64,000 nucleotides of DNA from IMG/VR virus record IMGVR_UViG_3300034072_002191, positions 1 to 64,000 of that record. One strand, written 5' to 3'. This DNA is from a virus. The notes below the pieces were generated by a model that was not told the DNA's origin, did not search any database, and saw only the letters and a list, made by a program, of their open reading frames with translations. Both the position numbers and the translations under genes were made by a program. This document shows, piece by piece, positions 35,226 to 44,417 of the stretch; within the stretch, counting starts at the first letter, position 1, and the number at the start of each line of letters is the position of its first letter.

Positions 35226-36789
35226 TTTCCGCCTCCAGGTCCGACCGCCCGGCCGCGTGGGCGGCCATCATGCCCTGAGCGAGGGTCACAGCGATCTTCG
35301 ACGTGTCGAGGTCGGGAAACGCGGCCAGCAGCATCGCCTTCAGCTCGTCTAGCGTACTGGCCGCTTCCAGCATCGCCTCGATCGTGCCTAGCAGGCCACC
35401 CATGTCGGCCGAAGTATCCTCGACCAGCTTATCCCCGATCGCATCACCGGGGAACGGCACCTGATCGGCACGCGCCCGCACGCCCTGCAACGCGAGCTGC
35501 GGCGGCAGCGCGGGCGCCGGTGCCATGGCAGTCGCCGCGCTGGTGAGGATGCGGGCGCCCTCCGCCGGCTCGGCGAAACCCAGCTTGTCGCGGACCTGGG
35601 CTTCCTCGATCCGAACGCCCAGTGGCACCACATCCTTCAGCACGCGCGCCAGGCGCTCCAGGTCCTCAGGCTCCGCGCGCTCAATCTTGACCTTGGGATA
35701 GCGGGGCTGCCGGCCATGTTCGAGATCGACCCAAGGTCGGATGAGGCAGCGATTGAGCGCGCTGGCCGTCGCCTTCGCGTCGGCTTTCTCGATATCCTCC
35801 GCAACCGACTTGTGGACCTTCGCCTGGCCCGAACCCAGACCGCCAGCCTGCGCGTCGGTGGTGTTGGTCTGCCCGAGGACCGCCTTCGAGATCTGCCGAT
35901 CGAGCCAGTCGGCGCGACGCTCGTACAAGTCGGAACCCGCGCCGACGTTCGCGCTCTCGATGAACTCGATCATCATCCCCTCGGGAATGATGGCAGCGCA
36001 ATCGCCGGCGATGTTGGCGACGGCACGGAAGAGCGTGGCCTTGTCCTCTCGCGTGGCGCCCGGGTGGAACTTGCCCACGCGGACAGGCTGGCCGAACGTC
36101 TGCGCGAAGATCGCCCAGTCGCGCTGGGTGAAGGCCTTGAACATCCATGCCCACGCCGCGACACGCGCGATCCCGGACCGCGCGGGAAGACCGCTCTTTG
36201 CTTTGATCGAAAGGTGGATGAACTTGAACGGATCCAACGGTTCATCGGGGCCGTTGCCATCGATCCCGCCCCGAAGCATCGGCGTGCGGCCGTCCGCCTG
36301 GGCGAACGTGAAGAACCGGGGATCACGCCACTCCAGGCGATCCGGTCGCCACTGGCCTTCGCTCGTGTCCCAAATGATCTCTGTGAAGCTCATGCCCTTG
36401 CCGATCGCGTCGAGCATGTCGAACAGTTCGTCCGCCAGCTCGTCCCGCGTCAGCCAGTCGCGCACCATATCGGCGATCTGGACGTCGTGCGCGTCGTCGC
36501 TCGCCGCCTCAACGGTGATGTCGAGCTGAGCCACGGATCGCTTGCGCGTTCCGAGCACACCCAGATAGTGCAGGTCGCGTTCCTCGATCTGCTCGGCCAG
36601 TTCGAAGTAGCGCATCGGATCGCCCTGGTCCGCTTCCCGCAGGATATTCGCCAGACGAACGGGTGTCAGGCCGTCGCCCGGATAGCCGCCATAGGGTGAA
36701 CGGACGCCAGCAAGCGTCGGCCCGGCAACCTCGCGCGTCAGCACCTCGCGGCGAAGCGGCCGGCCGTGCAGATCCACCAAACCCGTCAT
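35218..36789 (-). CDS. Portal protein (Mu gp29/DUF935)
   Basis: EERDLH; FGQPVRVGKF; ISKAVLGQT. Confidence 0.95.
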   Translation of the reverse strand: MTGLVDLHGRPLRREVLTREVAGPTLAGVRSPYGGYPGDGLTPVRLANILREADQGDPMRYFELAEQIEERDLHYLGVLGTRKRSVAQLDITVEAASDDAHDVQIADMVRDWLTRDELADELFDMLDAIGKGMSFTEIIWDTSEGQWRPDRLEWRDPRFFTFAQADGRTPMLRGGIDGNGPDEPLDPFKFIHLSIKAKSGLPARSGIARVAAWAWMFKAFTQRDWAIFAQTFGQPVRVGKFHPGATREDKATLFRAVANIAGDCAAIIPEGMMIEFIESANVGAGSDLYERRADWLDRQISKAVLGQTNTTDAQAGGLGSGQAKVHKSVAEDIEKADAKATASALNRCLIRPWVDLEHGRQPRYPKVKIERAEPEDLERLARVLKDVVPLGVRIEEAQVRDKLGFAEPAEGARILTSAATAMAPAPALPPQLALQGVRARADQVPFPGDAIGDKLVEDTSADMGGLLGTIEAMLEAASTLDELKAMLLAAFPDLDTSKIAVTLAQGMMAAHAAGRSDLEAESA

Positions 36790-36943
36790 GCCGTCCGATC
36801 CCTCACGATGAAATTGTCGATTAAGAGGCCTGAGAGGCCACTGAGAGGGGCGCCGACCCCATTCTGCGCATCGAGGTGCGTCAAGCGCCCCCACGGGCCT
36901 CCTAGGGCCTCAAATTCGAAGACGCGTTTGGAGGCTCCTGCCA

Positions 36944-38704
36944 TCAGATCGCCCCGCGCAGCCGCATGCCCATCGGCGAGCGCCACCAGTTGGAGTTCTG
37001 CTCGTCGTCATCGCCGTCATCGCGGCCAGGGGCCGGCACGGCCTCGTAGCCGTAGGCGACCGCTGCCTGGCGCGAGGCGTACCAGGCCAGCATGCCGCCG
37101 ATCGCCGTGTCGCCGTGACGGGGGAACCCGTCGCCACCCTTGAAGCGGAAGTCGTCAGGCACCTTGATGATGCCACCGACATATTGAAGCGCCTGGTGAT
37201 CGAGCACCACGTCCGCATCGGCCGCGACGACGATCGTCTTTTCGCCGAACGCGTTGACATAGGGCACCGCGTTCTGCCGGTACCATTCCTGGCTTAGCTT
37301 CACCTGGCTGACGCGAGCTCCGAAACCGGAGACGAAGCCCGAAGGGGACGCGTAGCCGATCGCGCATACCTCGGCGAGATAGGCGCCGTTGCCCGTGGCA
37401 TCGAACGCCGCGTGGCCCAGCCGGGGCAACCGCCGGAGGATGTAGAAGGCAACGTCCCGCTGGGTCTCGAACGGCACGTTGCGCAGCTCCACGATCAGCT
37501 TCTGCCGCCGGACCAGGTCCTGCCCATATTCGGTGATGATCGGCCCGGAGGTGTCACCCGACCGCGCGAAGTCCCAGCCGAGATCATGCCGCCGATCCTG
37601 GTCAAGCCGATCCAGGACCGGCTTCACCTGCTCGACCAGGAAGCGATCGGTTACCGCCTTGCGCGCCTCAGGCCCCAGCTCGGCGAAGTCGCTGCCCAGC
37701 GTCCAGCGGATCACCGGCACGTCGCGGCTGGTGACGGACTCGATCACGACCTGGCTCAGCGCCGACCCTTCAGCGTCGGCCGGGATCGCATCCAGTTCCT
37801 GCGCCATCTGCGCCCTGCGCAGGCCATAGGCGCCCCGGATCTTGGCTTCCCATTCCCGCTCAGCCTCGGTCGAATATTCCATGCCGCGCAGCAGGCACAC
37901 CCGGCGGAACAGGCCGTTCTTCACCGCCGCATCGAACGGGATGAAGTGGAGGCTGAAGGGCACCTTGCCCGCCTTGGCCTCGTTGATCAGCTCATTGAAC
38001 GGGTTGAGCTTGCCATTGTGGGTGGAGATCACCCGGATGCGCCCGCCCCAGATCAGCAGCGCGTTCACCGCGTCGAGCACCGCGCGGACGTTCGCGTGGA
38101 ACGCCGCTTCGTCGATCACGACGACGCCCTGGAGGCCGCGGATATTCTCCGGCCGTGACGAAAGCGCCTCGACGCGGAAGCCGCTGGCGAACCGGACGCG
38201 ATAGGCGGAGATCTGGCGCGAGCTTCCGTCTTCGAGCTGGTCTTCGAACAGGAACTCCTCGACCTGGCCGAGCTGGCCCGCGACCACCTTCGCGAAGTGG
38301 GCGACATAGCCGATGAACTCGCGGCCCTTGTCCTTCGTGTCGCCGATATAGAAGACGTTGTCGCCGCCGGCCGACCGCGACGCCGCTGCGATCAGCGTAT
38401 CGTCCAGCGCCTCGGCATAGGTGATCCCGGTACGGCGGCCCTTCTCGCCCAGCTTCAGCGGGGACTGGTCTTCCAGCCACGCCTTCTGGTGATCCATCAG
38501 GATGCCGTCGGCGAGCGGATCGTGGTCGGCGGGGATCTCGGCGCCGCGCGGCAGCTCGACCGGCAGCTCCGCCGGATTGCGGGCGAGGACCGGCGGCCGT
38601 TCGACGGTCCCGCCGGCGAGCGCGACGCCGGCGGCGGCTGTGGTGACGACATTCGCGACGCGCTTCAGCAGAGACGGCGCGTCCCGGCCTGCGTCCGACG
38701 TCAT
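36944..38704 (-). CDS. Terminase large subunit (Mu gp28-like)
   Basis: EKGRRTGIT Walker A; VIDEAAF Walker B; GWDFAR; HGDTA. Confidence 0.95.
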   Translation of the reverse strand: MTSDAGRDAPSLLKRVANVVTTAAAGVALAGGTVERPPVLARNPAELPVELPRGAEIPADHDPLADGILMDHQKAWLEDQSPLKLGEKGRRTGITYAEALDDTLIAAASRSAGGDNVFYIGDTKDKGREFIGYVAHFAKVVAGQLGQVEEFLFEDQLEDGSSRQISAYRVRFASGFRVEALSSRPENIRGLQGVVVIDEAAFHANVRAVLDAVNALLIWGGRIRVISTHNGKLNPFNELINEAKAGKVPFSLHFIPFDAAVKNGLFRRVCLLRGMEYSTEAEREWEAKIRGAYGLRRAQMAQELDAIPADAEGSALSQVVIESVTSRDVPVIRWTLGSDFAELGPEARKAVTDRFLVEQVKPVLDRLDQDRRHDLGWDFARSGDTSGPIITEYGQDLVRRQKLIVELRNVPFETQRDVAFYILRRLPRLGHAAFDATGNGAYLAEVCAIGYASPSGFVSGFGARVSQVKLSQEWYRQNAVPYVNAFGEKTIVVAADADVVLDHQALQYVGGIIKVPDDFRFKGGDGFPRHGDTAIGGMLAWYASRQAAVAYGYEAVPAPGRDDGDDDEQNSNWWRSPMGMRLRGAI

Positions 38705-39294
38705 GTCCGCAACCCCAGCACGTCGCGCCGGATCTGCGCGATCGAGTCGGCGCTAAGGCCTGCCTCGCGCATCTGCTTCTCGGCCTTGCCGACTTCCTCG
38801 GCCGCCGCCTCCAGCTGGCTGTTGACGCGTTCTTCCAGCTCGCGGCGATGGCCGGCCGACGTCTTCTGTGCCGCGACGATCGAATTGAGCGAGCGCGACA
38901 GCTCCAGGATTTCTTTCGACTTCAGCTCGCCGCCTTCGACCCGCTCATAGATGCTGGCCTTCAGGATCTCGGCGATCGCGACGGTCACGTCGTCAGCGTC
39001 CCCGGTGCCGAGGCTCGCGACCAGGTCGTTCGTGACGGTGCGCAGCTCGTCCAGCCGGCGAAACTGGATCGTCTTGCGAATTGACCAGCGGTTGAACGCC
39101 GAACGGCTGACCGGCTCGATTCCACGCGACGCCAGGCGCGCGTTGAACTGATCGAGGATCAGGTTCTGGGGCAGGCTCCGCTGGCGCAGCGCCTCCAGCG
39201 CCCAGACGATGTCTTCCTCGGCCGCCTCCGGCAGCATGTCCAAGGTAGAGAGCCTACCACGACCCTCGCGCCGATCGGCGCCGGCGCCAGGCAC
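38701..39294 (-). CDS. Terminase small subunit (DUF3486/gp27-like)
   Basis: GRLSTLDMLP...SRSAFNR...GLSAD. Confidence 0.85.
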   Translation of the reverse strand: MPGAGADRREGRGRLSTLDMLPEAAEEDIVWALEALRQRSLPQNLILDQFNARLASRGIEPVSRSAFNRWSIRKTIQFRRLDELRTVTNDLVASLGTGDADDVTVAIAEILKASIYERVEGGELKSKEILELSRSLNSIVAAQKTSAGHRRELEERVNSQLEAAAEEVGKAEKQMREAGLSADSIAQIRRDVLGLRT

Positions 39295-39297
39295 CGC

Positions 39298-39594
39298 TCA
39301 GTCCTCGTCCGAGGGACGCGTCACGCCCTCGATCACCGCGCGGCGATCGACATGGTCGCGGCCCAGCTTGGTCAACGCTGCCACCATCACGGTCCCGGCC
39401 TCGGTGATCCGCACAGCGCCCAGCTCGTCGAGCAGGCGCAGCTGCGTGCGGACCCAGTCGCGCGTGCGGCGGAAACCGAACGCATCGAGCACGTGCATCA
39501 ACACGGCTTCATTGAGGCGGCCGTCGATCTGGCTCGCCAGTTCCTTCAGCATGCACAGCCGGGCATCGGCCGCATAGCTATCGGCGTAGTTCAC
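39298..39594 (-). CDS. Mu gp26-like winged-helix protein
   Basis: ARL...RDWVRTQL...LT..GRDHV...GVTRPS. Confidence 0.8.
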   Translation of the reverse strand: MNYADSYAADARLCMLKELASQIDGRLNEAVLMHVLDAFGFRRTRDWVRTQLRLLDELGAVRITEAGTVMVAALTKLGRDHVDRRAVIEGVTRPSDED

Positions 39595-39917
39595 GCTTTC
39601 GCTCCCAACAGATGATCCTCGATGCGACGCATGGTCCTGGTCACGCTGCTCAGCTCCGATTCGAGCGTCTTGAGTTTCCCGTTCATGTCGCTGAGTTGCA
39701 GGCGCAGGCCGTTGACGTCCTCCTTGCTGGGCAGGTGCTTCAGCTCGGCCTCGATCGAGAGGATGCGACGATCATGCTCGTCGATTGCCTCGTCCTGCGC
39801 CTGCTGTTTGGCGGCCAGCGCGGCGCCGCCCTTGCTCATCCAGACCCACACCGTGTTCGCGATCGACAACAGCAACGACAGGGCGGTCAGCCCTGTGATC
39901 AACCATTCAAACTTCAC
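39591..39917 (-). CDS. DUF2730 membrane-anchored coiled-coil protein
   Basis: N-terminal TM; IEAELKHLP. Confidence 0.8.
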   Translation of the reverse strand: MKFEWLITGLTALSLLLSIANTVWVWMSKGGAALAAKQQAQDEAIDEHDRRILSIEAELKHLPSKEDVNGLRLQLSDMNGKLKTLESELSSVTRTMRRIEDHLLGAKA

Positions 39918-40132
39918 CGGCTCCCCCTCCGCTCAATCGCTTCCTGGCAACGGATGCAGCGCGTCGCGGACGGCAGTGCCGCGCGCCGTGCCGCCCCAAT
40001 CTCTCCGCCACATCCGTGGCATGTGACATCGCCCGGTTCGTCCAGGCCTGCCCGGATGCGGGCGATTGTGCTGTCCGTCTGACGGGCGAAGGTCGCCTCG
40101 GCCGCCGCGACGATCGCGTCGTCATCTTCCAT
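39914..40132 (-). CDS. TraR/DksA C4 zinc-finger protein
   Basis: CHGCG.EI..ARR.ALP....CIRCQ. Confidence 0.9.
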   Translation of the reverse strand: MEDDDAIVAAAEATFARQTDSTIARIRAGLDEPGDVTCHGCGGEIGAARRAALPSATRCIRCQEAIERRGSR

Positions 40133-40460
40133 CGGGCGGTCCTCCGTCGCGCACTAGGACGGACCAGTCACCGACATATTCGACGGCCGACCGGCACTCG
40201 TGCCAGGCACCGCGCGCCTGGACGATGTAGCGGGCGACCATGGTCTCGCGCGCGATCACCGTGTCGAGCAACACCACCAGGCGCCCGTCCGGAAGCGCGA
40301 ACGGCGCCAGCGGCGAGAGGGCGGGCGCAGCTGGGAAGCGATCTGGGCACGGCGCGAGCCGCGCAGCGTCCGGCGTGACTGCGGCCAGGCGTGGCGCCTG
40401 CCTAGTGCAACTCGGCGAACAGAACATCGAGAGGGCTAGCACCATTGTCCGCAGCCGCAT
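40122..40460 (-). CDS. o-spanin-like lipoprotein
   Basis: Signal with Cys, Pro-rich; overlaps the i-spanin. Confidence 0.6.
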   Translation of the reverse strand: MRLRTMVLALSMFCSPSCTRQAPRLAAVTPDAARLAPCPDRFPAAPALSPLAPFALPDGRLVVLLDTVIARETMVARYIVQARGAWHECRSAVEYVGDWSVLVRDGGPPDGR

Positions 40461-40746
40461 CGGCTTTCTCCTGAAGGTCCCGTTGGTCATTGCCGAAGTC
40501 ACGATCGCGCCGATCCTTGGCGGCGCCGGCCGCACGATCGGCGGCTAGGGTGGTGTTGAGCACCGCAACGTCCCCGGCCGAGCGATCGGCAGCGACGACG
40601 CGCCGGTCATGGCGCGACAGCCAAACACCGAGCACGATCCACAGCACCACGACGATCACGCCGGTCAGCACGATCTCCGCGATGATGCGGCGGCAGTTCT
40701 CCGGGACACCGATCGTGCCCAGCAGGCGAACGATGGGGCCGATCAT
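40402..40746 (-). CDS. i-spanin-like protein
   Basis: N-terminal TM plus helical tail; follows the holin. Confidence 0.65.
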   Translation of the reverse strand: MIGPIVRLLGTIGVPENCRRIIAEIVLTGVIVVVLWIVLGVWLSRHDRRVVAADRSAGDVAVLNTTLAADRAAGAAKDRRDRDFGNDQRDLQEKADAAADNGASPLDVLFAELH

Positions 40747-41000
40747 ACCGGCGCACTCCCGGTGTCACCCGCTTCGCGCTGCTTTCGATCGCTCCGGTTG
40801 CGCGCATAGATCGCGCCGGTGGTGGCGGTCAGCATGGTCGCCCAGGCGCCGGCAAAGGCCATCTCGCGAAAGGCGCCGCTACGCACATAGTCGGCGATCG
40901 ACAGACCGAGGAACGTCAGTCCGCCCAGCAGCGCGAGCACCCGCACGATGTCGAGATACTCGTTGCGACCTCCGTACAGCAGATCCTTCAGCGCCTTCAC
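40743..41000 (-). CDS. Holin-like two-TM protein
   Basis: Two hydrophobic segments, charged C-terminus, next to the endolysin. Confidence 0.6.
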   Translation of the reverse strand: MKALKDLLYGGRNEYLDIVRVLALLGGLTFLGLSIADYVRSGAFREMAFAGAWATMLTATTGAIYARNRSDRKQREAGDTGSAPV

Positions 41001-41614
41001 AGGATCAGCGCCCGCATCGCCGCATAGCGGGTCTGGCGATCGTCCCAGCCGTTTGGCGGCCGGCTGGCGCGCGGATTGCCCCGGTTCACGCCGTTCGAGA
41101 CCGCGAGCAGATCATCCTTGTCCGCCCAGACCGCTAGGCTCTGCTCGTCCCAATAGGAACAGAAGGCCAGCAGGCCGAGGGACCAGTATTCGAGCAACTC
41201 CGGATGCGCTTCCAGGTCGATGCCGAGCTTTCGGCCGAAGTGGCGGTAATTGCCCCGCCCGGTGACGCCGCCGACGCCGCGCCCCAGATACCGGAAGCCG
41301 TCGCCCTTCTGGTCGTTGCCTAGATCAGCGCGCCCCTCATAGCCGATCTGGGCGGGCGTCGGCCCCCAGATCTCGCGGGCATATCGGAAGCCGCCGCATT
41401 CGTGCGCGCACTGGGCCATGAAGTGCGCCAGGCGGAGACCGGAATCGAGGATGCCATAGGTGCGGAAGTGGATATTGGCGGCGAGCCCCAGTTCGGCCGC
41501 GACCGCCGGCGCGGCGCCCGCGCGTGCGAATAGCGCGGTCAGCGTGTCGCGCCCGATAATACCGTCCTGGCCGACGCCAAGGCGCTTCTGCAGCTGTTGT
41601 GCGTTTAGATCCAC
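40997..41614 (-). CDS. Endolysin, GH19 family, with a short peptidoglycan-binding N-terminus
   Basis: AHFMAQCAHECGGF; GDGFRYLGRG; VNRG...NGWDDR. Confidence 0.9.
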   Translation of the reverse strand: MDLNAQQLQKRLGVGQDGIIGRDTLTALFARAGAAPAVAAELGLAANIHFRTYGILDSGLRLAHFMAQCAHECGGFRYAREIWGPTPAQIGYEGRADLGNDQKGDGFRYLGRGVGGVTGRGNYRHFGRKLGIDLEAHPELLEYWSLGLLAFCSYWDEQSLAVWADKDDLLAVSNGVNRGNPRASRPPNGWDDRQTRYAAMRALIL

Positions 41615-41710
41615 GAGCCTGCCCTGAAGTGAGTGAAGGCGGGGTAAACTCGACTGGAACGCGTCCCCCGCCCGAGGCCTGAAACTGCGCGGAAGTGGCG
41701 GTAGATTGCA

Positions 41711-41728
41711 TGCCATCGGACGATGGCA
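41711..41728 (-). promoter_or_regulatory. Putative Mor/C activator dyad of the lysis late promoter
   Basis: TGCCATCG-N2-CGATGGCA between mor and the endolysin. Confidence 0.55.
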
Positions 41729-41761
41729 AGAAGTCAATGCCATCAGGGGCGGGAAGGAAAA

Positions 41762-42118
41762 TTAGAAGAGCGAAAGCTGCGCTGAACCCTTTGCAGGCGG
41801 GTCAGCCATGCGTGCGAAAAGCTTGTCGATACCTGTCTCAACCATCCCGAGTTTCCGCGCGATCTGCGCGTTGCTCAGGCCGAGAGCCCGATAATGACGA
41901 GCCCGCTCGTTTCGAGCAAGAGGAACGCGGATCGTGGCGGGCGAATAGCGCCGCGACAGGAGGTCGGCGGCTTCTCGACCGATCGCCTGGACGATCTCAT
42001 GGTCGGCGGGGATGGTGGTCGGTACGTAGAGCCGGGTACCCCCGAACGCCTGCGCCAGCGCGACGAAGCCATCTTCGCCGAGCAGTGCCTTCAGGTCGTT
42101 CGAGAGTTCTCCGATCAT
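41762..42118 (-). CDS. Mor/C family transcription activator
   Basis: FGGTRLYVP; C-terminal HTH. Confidence 0.9.
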   Translation of the reverse strand: MIGELSNDLKALLGEDGFVALAQAFGGTRLYVPTTIPADHEIVQAIGREAADLLSRRYSPATIRVPLARNERARHYRALGLSNAQIARKLGMVETGIDKLFARMADPPAKGSAQLSLF

Positions 42119-42384
42119 CCGTTGCTCCGCGCCAGCGGGGCAAGGGCATGGAACCGGGCGGTGACGGTCAACCGGTCATCGGGGATCACCGTCGTGACCG
42201 TCTGGCGACGCACGATGAACGCGTTGCCCTCCGATCGGATTGCATAGTCCGTGACGCCCAATGTCATCGCTGCACCATGGGCGCGCGCGAATGATGCCTG
42301 CAGCTCGTCGCGCAGTTGCTCGACGTCGAGCCCGGCCGCGTGCTCCAGGAAGCGCAGAAGCGCATTGTCAGAAACGCGGATCAT
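42115..42384 (-). CDS. Phage hypothetical protein
   Basis: VSDNALLRFLE motif; coupled. Confidence 0.7.
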   Translation of the reverse strand: MIRVSDNALLRFLEHAAGLDVEQLRDELQASFARAHGAAMTLGVTDYAIRSEGNAFIVRRQTVTTVIPDDRLTVTARFHALAPLARSNG

Positions 42385-43055
42385 TTCCCCTCCAGTTCCA
42401 GCGGACGCAGCGACGCGCCGACGCCGCCATGAAGCTGAGCGGCGCGCCCGCTGCTGACGCCGTTCCAGTAATCATTGCCCGCGCGCAGGCCGCTGGCCTT
42501 GGCTTCGCGCACGTCCACGGCGATCAGGTCAGAGTGATGGGTCACCATGTACTGCTCGATCAGCGGATCTTTCTCGCGATCGGGGACGAGAGCCTTCATC
42601 TTGGTCAGGACAGCTGCCGCGTAGCCTTCGCAGAACACGTCCGCGCGGGCGCGCTTGCGCCCCGGCCGGCAACGACGAAGCGCCGTGGAGATATACTCTG
42701 CCCGCGCCTTGCGTAGCTGCCGAAACAGCACGGCGAAGGCATAGCTGGCGACCTCGGGAGCCGCGCCCCGGCCGACATATCGGCGATCGAGCTGGTCGTC
42801 GATGAACACCTCGACGCCGAAGGCGCGACGCACAGCCGCGCAGAGAAAGCTTTCCCACTTGCTCGGCCGCTGGGTCCGCGAGCCACGCGCGGCAGCCTCC
42901 TCGATCTCCGCCAGTTCCACGTCGGCCGAGGTGACGCCGTATTCATCCATGATCTTCCGCGCCGCATCCAGCGCGGCCGCAGCCTCGTGCTCATTGGCGC
43001 TCTTCGCGAGCGCCAGGCACTTCCGGAGCCGGGCCATCATCGCCTTGGGGATCAT
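42381..43055 (-). CDS. DUF2786-domain protein
   Basis: LRKCLALAKSANEHEAAAAL. Confidence 0.85.
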   Translation of the reverse strand: MIPKAMMARLRKCLALAKSANEHEAAAALDAARKIMDEYGVTSADVELAEIEEAAARGSRTQRPSKWESFLCAAVRRAFGVEVFIDDQLDRRYVGRGAAPEVASYAFAVLFRQLRKARAEYISTALRRCRPGRKRARADVFCEGYAAAVLTKMKALVPDREKDPLIEQYMVTHHSDLIAVDVREAKASGLRAGNDYWNGVSSGRAAQLHGGVGASLRPLELEGK

Positions 43056-43255
43056 GGCCGCGTCGCCCAGGCGGGGGGATTGGCGGCCGGTGCCGGCACG
43101 CCGGGCGCGGGCGCAAGCGGCAGCGCCGTCGTGCAGCCCGCGCATTCGGCGGAGCTGCGGCCGACGATCCAGTTCGTGCCGCCACAGCCGGGGCAGTGGT
43201 CGCCGGAATGATAGAGGGGCCGGTAGCCCCGTAATGTCGGAAGCATGTGATACAT
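43052..43255 (-). CDS. Small zinc-ribbon protein
   Basis: CPGCG...WIVGR..AECAGC. Confidence 0.7.
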   Translation of the reverse strand: MYHMLPTLRGYRPLYHSGDHCPGCGGTNWIVGRSSAECAGCTTALPLAPAPGVPAPAANPPAWATRP

Positions 43256-44010
43256 CACCGTTTCCCTTCCTTGGTGGCGCGGAGCACGCGGCCGAACTCG
43301 CGCGCGACGATGTCCAGCTCGCTCGCCGTGGCGAACAGAAGCTCGATCTCCATGCCGGTGAACTCGTGGGCCGCGCGGTTCACGTCCCATTCGGGCGGAC
43401 ATGCGCCGCAGTCCCAGAGCTTACCCATCAGCGCCTCGATCAGGCGGCGCTTCAACACGATCACGCGGGCCTCGGGCTTCACGCCGTCGAGCGTCTGGCT
43501 CCAGCCGTTACGCTCGGCCATCGCCTTCAGCGCCTCGATCAGGCGATAAGCGAGGCCCTGGTTGGCCCACTGCAATCGCTGGCAGCCCAGCTGGCGGCGG
43601 GCGAACGCCTCAAGCGCCGGCTCGGACGGATCGTCAATGGCGCCGAGGGCGTGCAGCGACAGCCACAGCGCACGCGCCTTCACCGCCGTCTTATGGTCCG
43701 CCGGCTTCGGCTTGCTGCGCCCCGCCGGTTGGGCTGGCTTCCAGCCGCGCGCCTTGAACCGCTCGATCACCTTGACCAGGTCGCCCTCGGTGCAGTCGGT
43801 GCAACTGGCGACGCCGGCGACGTCGAGCAGGATGGCGCGATAGTCGTCGTCGCTCAGCGCCAGATCCTTTTTGGCGATGTGAACCATCGCGATCATCCGA
43901 CGCTTCGCCGGGCTGGCCGACCGGACTTGGGCCGCAGCCGGCTTGCGGCCGGGCATCGAGCCCACGCCGGAGAACCGCCCACTGCCGAAAATGCGCGCCG
44001 CCGACTTCAC
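43255..44010 (-). CDS. gemA: GemA/gp16 (DUF1018) protein
   Basis: HIAKKDLALSDDDYR...ARALW...IEALKAM; start uncertain. Confidence 0.85.
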   Translation of the reverse strand: MKSAARIFGSGRFSGVGSMPGRKPAAAQVRSASPAKRRMIAMVHIAKKDLALSDDDYRAILLDVAGVASCTDCTEGDLVKVIERFKARGWKPAQPAGRSKPKPADHKTAVKARALWLSLHALGAIDDPSEPALEAFARRQLGCQRLQWANQGLAYRLIEALKAMAERNGWSQTLDGVKPEARVIVLKRRLIEALMGKLWDCGACPPEWDVNRAAHEFTGMEIELLFATASELDIVAREFGRVLRATKEGKR

Positions 44011-44417
44011 AGGACGCTCCCCGTGAAGTGCGCGACGACCATGTCGCACAAGGCGAGAAAGGAGGGATCGCGCTGCCGCATGGCCTGCGCCTTAGCGACG
44101 GCATATCCGATGGTGGCGTGATCGCGGTCATCGAACGCCGGCGTGATCTGGCCAGTCGTTTTGCCTGCCCAGCGGTAGGCGAGCCAAATGGCGGCGAAGC
44201 GGGCGCGCACTGCACCTTTGGAGTGCGTCCGGCCGATCATCGCCTCGCGGCTGACGCCGGTCTCGTATGACACGCGGTCGATGATCTGGGACACGGTCGG
44301 AACCGCGTGGATCACCGTCGTATCCGGCTCGGAGATCGCCGCGCGGATGCGCGCGGCCGTCACTTCGTCTAGCTCGCCCTGGAGCACGACGAAGCGGACC
44401 TTCACCGGCGCGTTCAT
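44007..44417 (-). CDS. DnaA C-terminal-like HTH protein
   Basis: VRARFAAIWL...DRDHATI.YAV. Confidence 0.8.
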   Translation of the reverse strand: MNAPVKVRFVVLQGELDEVTAARIRAAISEPDTTVIHAVPTVSQIIDRVSYETGVSREAMIGRTHSKGAVRARFAAIWLAYRWAGKTTGQITPAFDDRDHATIGYAVAKAQAMRQRDPSFLALCDMVVAHFTGSVL

